A DNA stretch of 63,612 nucleotides, counting the filler, from Choristocarpus tenellus KU-1152 (Eukaryota; Protista; Phaeophyceae), in NCBI GenBank assembly GCA_964200185.2. It is 9 parts of 9 records of this genome, joined end to end, with 100 filler letters (N's around TTAATTAATTAA, not from the genome) between each part and the next. Parts side by side here need not be neighbours in the genome. Positions count along the whole stretch, not along the records: positions 6,587 to 25,151 come from CAXNAD020000540.1; positions 25,252 to 28,263 come from CAXNAD020022946.1; positions 28,364 to 33,292 come from CAXNAD020012495.1; positions 33,393 to 43,010 come from CAXNAD020003532.1; 5 more parts are not named here. One strand, written 5' to 3'. This document shows, in pieces, positions 24,633 to 35,139 of the stretch (the first letter of the stretch is position 1; each line of letters opens with the position of its first letter). A program made the translations under genes and the position numbers. The notes beneath the pieces were generated by a model. It was given only the letters and a program-made list of their open reading frames with translations. It did no database searches and was not told the DNA's origin.

Positions 24633-25151
24633 GAGCCAAAGTATCTTAGAGGGTAGAGCCACGTCCATTTGGGGTCCAAAATTCAATGTTCACGATCAGT
24701 ATTGTTAATTACCCCTATATTTTTTTCGTGTAAAATTCCATCAATAATATTGCCCTTGATACTTAAATCATTGTCTCGATTGATACTTAGTTGTTGATTA
24801 TCACAAGTCCAAAGCATCTGATTTGCAAATTATTGAATTATTTCTGGATAAGATCTGTCTTTGGACTTTTTGTAATCTGCAAAATAGATTACATTGCATT
24901 TTTTTTTAGTTATTTGGAAATTGGAACTAATGATGCATTACCGATACACCTACCAATGAGCACAATATTTTGCCATTTCGATGTAAGTTTGGCTATCATT
25001 TTTGTTAGGAAGTGTCAATATCCTTGTTCCGGATACACCTTTTCATAACATATATATTTTACCTACTCCGAAATATTTTGAAGTAGGAAAATGTCAGCAA
25101 AACCCCAAGGGAAGCCAAGCCCCAAATGAAAAAAAAAAAAAAAACTCGTAC
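24633..25151 (-). mobile_element. MITE family B interrupted by a ~280-bp AT-rich insertion, truncated by gap
   Basis: B homology at 24633-~24690 resumes at ~24975. Confidence 0.75.
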
Positions 25152-25319
25152 NNNNNNNNNNNNNNNNNNNNNNNNNNNNNNNNNNNNNNNNNNNNTTAAT
25201 TAATTAANNNNNNNNNNNNNNNNNNNNNNNNNNNNNNNNNNNNNNNNNNNNCCCCAGATACTTTGACCCCCCACACACAATCAACACAGCAGGACAGCAG
25301 GACAGAAGCACACTTATAC

Positions 25320-25363
<44 letters not shown>

Positions 25364-25934
25364 CCTAGCCCTATACATATATACGCATTGATATGTCCAA
25401 ACCTTGGGGTTCCGTTCTCTTACAAGTAATTGGGTTCAGAATCTGTACGAATTGTTTCCAAGAGCAGATAATTGCGTTGCATCAATTGTGAAGTTTTTAT
25501 TTTTTTATTTATCTTAGTATTTTTGTTCTAACCATGGTTTTGATAGTGGTTCAGGCGGTACCCGTGTGTACTGCATCGATAATGGGTCATTACATCATTA
25601 ACCGATCGCCGGTGTGTGCTTTGAAGGGATGTCAGCTGGTGTCAGATGATATTATGCCCCATTGCAACCGATCTGTTGGTATGGTGTTTTTTTGGATGGT
25701 GATACGTTAGTGTGTGGTGTAGTGGTGTATCTATCGTGGTACTTTTGTTACTTATTCATTTATTTATTTGCTAATTTATCTATCTACTAATTTATCTATT
25801 TGCTAATTTATCTATGCATTTATTGCCTTCTGGCTGCTATGGAGTGTGAGTCCTCTTTACTTAATTCAAGAGGGTGCTTACTTCAAAGCTATGCCGTTTT
25901 TTTTATTTACTCTGGAATATTACGTATAGGCTGG

Positions 25935-25958
25935 GGGTTAGGGTTAGGGTTAGGGTTA
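25935..25958 (+). repeat. Interstitial telomere-type (TTAGGG)n; shorter copy at 30448-30463
   Basis: gggttagggttagggttagggtta. Confidence 0.7.
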
Positions 25959-26429
25959 TGGTGAGTATAGTGCAGTGTCATACACGTAGCGACTCCCATG
26001 GCATGTTATTGGTTTTGCTTTAATCTATTGGTTGGGATTGCTTTCTTGTGCCCTTGCTACGATGTTTGCAGATAATTAATGTTCTGTTTTTTGTAATTTC
26101 TGTGGGAATATGTACTGTTTTTTGGCTCAGAAATCCAGGGTCAAGCATTGAAGACCCCCACTTCTACTCTCCAACACCGTTATTCCACAAGTTTGGTTCA
26201 AGCTAAGCTGCAGTTATTTGTGCAGTTATTTGTGAGTCACCATGGGTGCTATTGGGTAAACTCCTCTCTCCTCTGTCATCCTCCACCAAGAATCATCTTT
26301 TTGCTGCCTCATTTCATAAAATAAATATAAATGTACTTAATGTCATCCTCCCATTTCATGAGTATGTATATATGTATGTATGTATTATGTTTTTTTTCCC
26401 CCTCCGATTGTGTCCTTTCCCGTCAACAG

Positions 26430-28218
26430 GGTCTGAGCAAAACAGGAAAGAGAATAGAAGATCCCCAGATTGTGGCGTGGGCTAACTCTAAGGTAAATGG
26501 GAGCAAGATCAGGAACTTCTCTGACCCTTCCCTGACAACGGGAGTGTTCCTGCTCAAGGTGCGATGGCAATCAAAGAGTAGTATTGATAGTCGAGGGGAT
26601 TTGGGGAAGGGGGCAGGAGGGGAGGGGAGGGGAGGGGACCGAGGAATGGGGTCGTGATGTGCTTTGTAGTGGACTGTACCTGTTGACTGGGATGGACATA
26701 CCATGCTGGACATGGTTGTACACCGGCACTTGGTTTCCTCTTGGTTATGTCTTAGCTATTCCTCTCCCGCCCCCCCCCCCCCCCTCCCCCCCCTGCCCCC
26801 TCCAAGCCCGCCCGCCACCAGCCCCCCTCNNNNNNNNNNGTCTGCGGTGGACCTACCAGGCTTGACATGGGTTTTCACCCGCACTTTGTTTCCTCTTTGT
26901 TTTGTTTTAGCTTTTTCCCCCCCCCCCCCCCCCCCCCCCTCCCCCTCCCCCTCCCAATTGCAGACTATTCCCTCATAGCCCCCCCCTCCCCCATACCCCA
27001 GTTTCCATTTCCTTGACAATAATATTGTACTGTTGTTTCCATGTACAACCATGTATCAACCATGTACAACCATGTACAACTATGTCCAGGTGTGCCATGG
27101 TATCAACTCGATGGTGGTGAACTGGGACCTTGTGACGCTTAATCCAGAGGGCGATGACGAAAAGGCTAACAATGCAAAGTATGCCATCAGTGTTGCACGA
27201 AAACTTGGTGCCCTCGTCTTTGTTGTGGCAGAGGACATTGTTCAGGCAAGAAATATATGACACACCGATGCCCTCCCTCCATCTATTCTGTTAGCCCCCA
27301 CTTTCCCCCCCCCCCCCCCCCCCCCCTTTCCCCCCCTTCACCCCTTCCCACCCCTCCCTACAAATTTTCTTTTTTTTTCCGTTTTNNNNNNNNNNACCGA
27401 TGCCCTCCCTCCATCTATTCTGTTAGCCCCCACTTTCCCCCCCCCCGTCCCCTGCCTTTCACTCCTATCTACAGTTCACAATCTTTCACTAAAGATTCTC
27501 TTTTTTTGCAGTTTGTAGCCAGAGGTATCTGTGGTAGTAGTAGTACGGTGAATATAATAAATATAATAAATGCTTTACTAAATGTATCTCCCTATCCCCC
27601 GCCTCCTCCACTCTTCTCATTCCCCATTTCTGTAGTAGTTTAGAAGCAGCAGCAGCAGCAACAGCAGCAGTATAACTGTAGTAGTAGAAGCAGTGGTAGT
27701 AGTAGTAGTAGTGGCACTGGTAGTAGTTTTAGTACAAGTGTATACAATAAAATGTGGTGAATGTAACACAAATAGTGTCTTCTAATCCCCCATCCCCCCC
27801 ACTCTCCTCGATCCCCATTCTCCCCCCCTGTGACAATCCCTACCAATGTGGGTTGCATGCATTTAACGCCCTTAATTGTGATCATGCTGCTACATGCGCT
27901 GGTCATGCTGAGGGAGTGCAGGTCCAGCCACGGATGATCATGCTGTTCTGTGCAAGCCTCTGGCAGTGTGACAACGAGCGCTCCTTGCAGTCTGGCAACC
28001 CTGATGAGGCTGGTACTACGGGGAACCCCTCCACCCCCCCAAAGCTAACCCCAACGGGCTTGGCTGACGAGAAAGGTGTTCCTCAGGCAGCAGCTACAAG
28101 GGCAGCCCCACCCCCAGCATCTCCTGCCAAACGCTGGGGGACTGTGCAAACGCACGTGCCCGTTGGTTCGAGCATCACGAAGCCACCTGCAAAAATGGGG
28201 TTTGTAAATCCGTTGCCG
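26430..28218 (+). CDS. Fimbrin/plastin-like protein, last calponin-homology domain plus Pro-rich extension (partial); exons 26430-26558, 27090-27245, 27922-28218
   Basis: IVAWANSKV...F.DPSL.TGVFLL / VNWDLV...NAKYAISVARKLGA..F...EDIV / VQPRMIM.F.ASL is the CH4 signature of fimbrins. All exons are phase 0; the second uses a GC donor. Confidence 0.88.
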
Positions 28219-28819
28219 GTGAGTAGGGGGGGGGGTTTCCCCCAATCTCCGGAGCGCAGGGGGNNNNNNNNNNNNNNNNNNNNNNNNNNNNNNNNNNNNN
28301 NNNNNNNTTAATTAATTAANNNNNNNNNNNNNNNNNNNNNNNNNNNNNNNNNNNNNNNNNNNNGTGAAAAACGGATGCCACCACCCCCCCCCCAGATACT
28401 TTGACCCTATTGTTGATATCATTCTGATTAGTTATGTTATTTTTATTTCTAGCATATATTGGTGGTTTTTGTTGATATATTCTTACTAATGCTCTTACTA
28501 ATATCATTAGCATTGATATTACCATATATTTTTCATTCATTGGTTGATTATTATTTTAGTAATAGTACTACGATTATTATTACTGTTGCGGTCACTGTTA
28601 TTATTTTCATTCTTGTTAATGTTACTATAATTATTATTTGTGTTACTATAATATAATTATCATAATTACATTGTATTGTGTTATTTTTATCATTGTTATC
28701 ATTATTTTTCAACTGTTAATAATATCAATGTCATAAATGTTGATATTATTCTCAATATCATATTTTTATCATTATTGTTATGAGTAGTACTATTATTATT
28801 TTTATGAGTGATATTATTA

Positions 28820-28885
28820 ATATATTATTATTATGCCCTGTGACATTTTCCAGATGTATCAGGGGGGAAACAAATGAAATTATTA
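28820..28885 (-). mobile_element. Very short CRE-like 3' terminus; another copy at ~30780-30880 (-)
   Basis: Reverse complement of the stem-loop + (TAA)n terminus (ttattatgccctgtgacattttccagatgtatcaggggggaaa). Confidence 0.7.
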
Positions 28886-31400
28886 ATATCTTTTTTATTT
28901 TTCGTTATTTTTATTATATTTTGTGTTCATATTTGTAGCGCCAATATTACTACACTGTAGAAAAAATATGGAAAAAGACCAAAAAAAATATGTATATGGA
29001 AAAGAAAGGGCAAATAAATGATGAAAAAGGAATACAAACATAAAAATCAAAGAAACATACTATAGACCAAAATATATAGGGAAAAAGCAAAAATAAAAAA
29101 CAACACTTGAAAGAAACGGAAATAACATAAAATAAAGTACAAGAAGGAAGGATTTAACATGGGAAAAGATAATAAGGAAAAAACCACGAAACAGGAAAAG
29201 AGAAAATGGGAAAAAAAGGGAAGGAAAAAAGTTAAAACGTTTGCATGCCTTAATCATTATCATATGGATATGGGGTGCTTGCCAGCAGATGCTTTATGTA
29301 AGAAAAATGAGAAGATTGATTCTCACGTACATACGTTACACTAGCTAATAATGATGCCAACCCCAGGATAAACTTGTCTTGTTTACCTTCAACAGTCAAT
29401 TGTGTCACCTATGCATCTTCCTCCCTCTACTACAGATACATTGTTTACTCCATAATCTCATGAACTGTCCATCAAGAGGGAAACATATGATACGAGCACC
29501 ACCTCGATCTAGTATCCACGGACACAATACACAGTCGCTCCATACGGGCCAAGCACCATATTTAGAAACCACTAGCACAAAAAAGGCGAAAATTGATATA
29601 TCCATTGATGATGAATGAGATATTTTGCAACACCTTGTTCTTATCCATGCACCTCCCTTCTTTTTGGTCAATTTATCACTAAATTGAAGATCACTCCCTT
29701 TCCCTCTCTACTGTCCATGCTAATATTCTCTTCTGGCAGGCTGTGATTACTTTCCTAGTACTTTTTATCTCTAAGCAAGAAACTCAACCCTGCGAGTTTC
29801 TCTCTTTGCAGATACCACTCACCAAGAATGACCATCATACGTAGTGTCTTCCCAAAGTGTTGACGTTTGATACCACATAGAGAAAGGTGAGATGAATCTT
29901 GTACACAGTTTGAAATTAAGCTTTACAGATACGGAGATGGACAAACCTCTTTGAACCGTTTCTAACGAAGAATAAGGAGTACTTCATCCCTCTGTGCTAT
30001 ATCTTCAGAAGAAATTTTACCAAGATTACTCACTCTTTGTTTAAAAAGAATGCTTCTTCTGTGAGTGGGGGCCGTCGCGGCACAACCGTGTTGAGTTTCT
30101 AAGTAATATCTTGTTTTCAATCCGTATATAATACACCTCATGGTCAATTTGTTGTGATTAAGGATGAGTGTATCAAAGTAGTTAATAGCTATTCAAGGAC
30201 AGTCCGTCCATCCATATTGCTTGTACACATACTACTACTGTATCTATCTGATATTCATGGACACAGGGGGGGCATGTTCAAAGGTCAGAGGGATTATCCT
30301 TATGTTTCCTGTTTCTTTAGCAAGGAGTTTGTCTGACCTCATCAAATATTATCCATAAAGCAAACTAATGCTGTTGCTGTTAGTCTCAGTTTCTCAAACA
30401 TACCCGTCATTTTCTTTTTTCATTCCGTACACTATAAATATAATATATTAGGGTTAGGGTTAGACGGACCAGACGAACAGAGACGAACCGTAACCGAGGG
30501 TACGAGGTTAAGGTTGGACAAGTGAAAATCGAGGAGTGATGAGCATCTTCAGAGATGGGGCTTTATCACCACAAGTCAAGACGTGAGAACAAAGTGAATC
30601 TTTCATGTGTAACAACTCTGAATGATGAGCTGTCCCAAGTCTGTGGGACTGGTCTCGCGAAGAGATTCCATGGTTTCATTCTGACGGAAGGTCCACCAGT
30701 GGAATCATGTCATGGATGCTTTGACAAGGAACCTCAATCAGTACAACGGTATGATGGTATATGTCATACGACAACAACGGTATAAAAATAGACATGCTTT
30801 CTGCACTCCTTTCTTTTTATAGAGAAAATAATATATATTATTATGCCCTCTGACATTTTGCAGATGTGTCAGGGGGAATCTAATATCATTTTTGGTACTC
30901 AAGAAATATATAGTATATTTCATGATAGAGGAACCTGTTGATGAAGTCTACATGTATTTTATATATTAATGACATATATTTGAAGTTCATGACGGAAACA
31001 AACCACAATTCTGTATACATATGGAGAACAGAAATATAGAGAATAATCTTCCAAGCAAGAATTTGCTTACTAGTTACACGTTGACCCTTAAAAGACAACT
31101 GAGGTTGGCGTACTTTGTACTCAGATCTACTACTACAACTGAAAATGATCTAAGAAAAAATAATAAACCCTTATCAGTAGTTTATAGTCAATGCTAATAT
31201 GATACCTACCTCTCTATCTTTCGTGCGTACCTCATTATTGTCGTTTTGGTTTGGTCGCAAATTCTGGTTTCATAAGTTATCGTCGCCTTAGAGTTATATC
31301 CACTCTCCTCCTCCTCAACTACTACAACACCACTTCTTCCTTCCCTCCCCACACTATCCTCGTTACCACAGACATCATGCTGCCCACTCCGCATACCCAG

Positions 31401-31596
31401 TGACCAACCAGTACGACCAATCTTCGCCACTGATTTCCAGTCACCATCAATGCAGCCAATCCCACATATCCAATCACCAGCCAATGCGACCAAACTTCGC
31501 CAATGTTTACCAGTCACCATCAATGCAGCCAATCCCGCATATCCATTCACCAACCAATGCGACCAAACTTCGCCAATGTTTACCAGTCACCAACCG
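31401..31596. repeat. Tandem repeat, 73-bp period, ~2.7 copies
   Basis: tcaccatcaatgcagccaatccc occurs at 31441 and 31514. Confidence 0.85.
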
Positions 31597-33392
31597 ATGG
31601 GGCTTATTTCCGTGAATCCATTCCACAATCCTCCATCACACTCTACGACACTCAACCTTCCTCCCCAACACTTGCCACCACTTTCCGAAAATACGACACC
31701 ACTCAACAACACTCCATAACACCCCACATTCACCCAAGAACACCTCTCCATAATCCACTTCAATACGGTGTCTTTGAACTAGAAGATATCTACCCCACCT
31801 AGCTTGACCTCCCCCTTTGAGTTCATGTATGCATCTGGTTCACAGTTGCATCTCCTACACTGACTATGCCCAAACCTTCCTACTCTCTGCCAGACCATCC
31901 AATACCAAACTAGACTTCTTTGGTTTCCCTAATGTACACTAAAAACGCCCCCAACTTTCATCCTCCCTCCCTTTGTATCACTATTCCCGATGCCCCCGTT
32001 GTTGCCATTCTCAATGCTTCCCCGATCCTGACCGAGCACTAGCTGTACTCCTATGGTCTCATCTTTAGTTTCCTTGTTATTCCACACCCCAAAAGGCCGA
32101 TTCCCAACCGCTGCACGATCCCTTCTCATCCTTGTGGCACAGATGAAAGAAATTCAGAAGTGTGTCGGCGGATGGAAGGTCAAGAAATTGATTGTGGAAG
32201 TATTGGAACTCTAAAGCTTAGCCCTACAATTTATTGATCTTGTCACTTTCAATATCGGCTTGGTTGCCCTCACTCCTCACCCAGAGCCACAAATATCCTA
32301 CCCCTGTCTTCGTTTGTGTCTCCCAACTATTGTTTCAATGCAAATACTCAAGTTATTTTCTGTACGATGTTCGACTCAATCCCTCTCGAGCCCCCCCTTT
32401 TGAGTAAAGGAAAATTGAAGTGTTGTATGGACAGTCGACTAGTCAAGGCAGTGTTTGTGATGTATTAGGATTTCTATATATATTCAACCCCTTTCTAAAC
32501 CAAGTCAGTTGCCCTAACCCCGAGATAGAGACAACTGTTCACTACTCCCGTGTATACCTGTCACATCTGACAACTATTGTCAGGCAAATACTTAGGTCTA
32601 TTCGCTAGCGTCCCCCCCTTTTGTGTTCAGCCCCTTTCTAGCACTTATCATCCACATGCGAGAACGCCTCCAATCCTCTTGCACAAGTTCATTCTTCAGC
32701 TCCTCAACTCCTGTATTGTCCTATCCTTCCCCAAGGATCACTCTTGTCATTTTCTTTTTGACACGAAAAGTCTGTGTTAACTTGATTTGTGTTCTCCTAT
32801 TACCTGGGGGTTTCATCTGCCATCGGATTCCTCCCTCACAGTCTGTGTCATCAACAGCCAACAGCCCAAACCCTTTCTTCATCCTCAAAACCCCTTACTC
32901 CAGCATAAGCCTTGGCTACCTTTTTCTCTTGAACTTGAAAATATGTCCCCTGATATACGACTATCCTCTTTGACTACTTTCTCTCACAATTCTGCCAAGT
33001 CAACCCCCTTCCTGCCATGATCCCGCAGGGTACCCCAGCTACCGAATAAAAAGCTCAGACCAGACTCACGGGGCCAGTGACCCACTTCATTTAGTTATAT
33101 TTTGACCTCGATATCTCTCCCCAAAGTGCAGAACAAAGGAGGCCCACTCTCAATCTGCCGGTCTCAAGCCTAACACAATTCTTCCCTCTATATCTTTGTT
33201 CCTTCCCAATTATCCTCATTTAGAATATTTTTGCTACCCACAAGGGTCAAAGTATCTGTGGGGGGGGGGTGGTGGTTTGTGAGGGGGCGTCCNNNNNNNN
33301 NNNNNNNNNNNNNNNNNNNNNNNNNNNNNNNNNNNNTTAATTAATTAANNNNNNNNNNNNNNNNNNNNNNNNNNNNNNNNNNNNNNNNNNNN

Positions 33393-33620
33393 GTACACCT
33401 CACTATTGTCCTATTTTGCACACCCCCTACCTCTTGTGTAGCCAACTCACCTCGAAAACTCTCTGCTTGCTTACCAAGGCGCCCAAAACTTTCCACAGGG
33501 AAGGTGTCCAGGTTAAAACAATTAATTATTACTTTGAAAGATTCGAGATAGTGCATATAGCAGGTGTGTATGATATATAGTGAGTCCTTCTCACAAGCCA
33601 TTTGTGCGAGCCCCACAGTA
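33393..33620 (-). mobile_element. CRE-like REL fragment, opposite orientation
   Basis: FPVESFGRLGKQAESFRGELA. Confidence 0.7.
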
Positions 33621-33639
33621 TGGGCCCTGGGATTGTCCA

Positions 33640-34991
33640 TCCACACCCTCCTCTCTACAGGTTTCCCCTCAGAAGACCTAGCGGAAATCACTGGCAAAGG
33701 CTGGGTACCTAGCGGGCAACAGCATCCCCCACGCCGACCTCAGAGGTCCACACTCTGGCTGCTCACGATGCCAGGATTACAAGGATGGCACAACACGAGA
33801 TCATCCGCCTCCTAAACAGGATCCACTTTGACTCTTTCCGGATGCAACTGAGTGAAAGTGTCTTAGAGGGTACGAGTTTTGCCCTGTTTGTACGTTTGGG
33901 GCTTGGCTTCCCACAGGTTTTTTAGAACATTTTACCTACCCCGAAACATTTCGGAGTAGGTAAAATGAATACCTTATGAAAATGTGTGTCTAGAACAAGG
34001 ATATTGACACTCCTTAACAAACACGGTAGCCAAAATTACATCAAAACCACAACATTGGATTTTGACTCCCAAATGTACACGGCTCTACCCTCTAAGATAC
34101 TTTGACTCACTGACCGCCTTACCTGATGAAGTAGATCAAGGGAAGGAAAGTTCCGTGCTAGCTCTGGCACGCCACTGGACCCAATGTGGACAAGGGGCAA
34201 ATGCATGGGCCTCTATACAACCCCTGGAGCCGGCATGCCAGATCCCCCCAGTCGAGTTCAAACTCCCTGCCAGCAGATCCCTGGGGAGAGAGGAGGCCTT
34301 ATCAAACAGGTGCCCGGTGACTGGTTGCAGGAGACAGAAGGTAGACACCAGACATGCCCGCACCTGCCCTAGGGTAGTAGGACAGATCCACCGACACACA
34401 CCGATGGTGAAGCCTCTGGGGCAACTATGCAAAGGAATGGGCATCCCTCGCACTATGGAGGACGGCAGTCAATTCACTATGGACAGGAATTTCTGCGTGG
34501 ATCTGGTCCTCCATGCTGGTGCACTCGCGGACGCCAGATCAGCTCCTTACAGAGACGAGACCTCCTAGGTGTTACGTTTCCTGAAGTGCAGGCAGCATCT
34601 CACCTGCCACACTCATCCATCAGCAATGGTGTAGCTGCTGCTGCAGCTGAGGCGCGAAAGCGCACCCACTACGAGGGCTCTTTTGATCCTCGTAGTTATT
34701 ACCTCAACACCGTGACGGAATTTTTTGGGCGCCTCGGTAAGGAAGCGGAAAGTTTCCTGGATGAGCTAGGTACGCACACGGTAGGGGGGAGAGGGACTGG
34801 AGGCGACAGCAGGAAAGGGGCGGCCAAATCCCGCCTAGGACGAATAATCTGGGGTGCAGGACTAAGCTAGGTTAGAGGGAGAGGAAGATAGTGGTAGTAA
34901 AATGCCGTTTTTCACAATACAACTAAATGTATATAGTTTTCATTGGTTTCCCCCTGACACATCTGCAAAATTTCAGAGGGCATAATAATAA
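33640..34991 (+). mobile_element. Decayed 3' part of a CRE-like non-LTR retrotransposon (REL endonuclease) with (TAA)n tail
   Basis: GANAW...P.EF....LG, C..C......H...C knuckle, RH, VDL...(D)VT...AE.RK..HY...E.FGRLG motifs with frameshifts. Ends in a stem-loop plus cataataataa. The 5' boundary is approximate. Confidence 0.8.
33850..34108 (+). mobile_element. MITE family B inserted into a non-LTR retrotransposon
   Basis: Intact TIRs, TSD act/act. Confidence 0.88.
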
Positions 34992-35139
34992 ATACAACTA
35001 TTGCTTATTTTAGAGATTTTTGTAATATGTTTTCTTATTACATCTATAAACTGTGAGTGGAAAGGCGTTAAATTACTGTTTGGTAGACTTTACGCCACCA
35101 TTTTCTTGTTGACTCTGGTCGTTCTCTGTCGAAAGGACC

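Noticed and set aside
26693-27450. Tandem near-duplicates on either side of the 10-N gaps (26830, 27386)
   Set aside because: Most likely overlapping contig ends or haplotypes around poly-C tracts, i.e. an assembly artefact.
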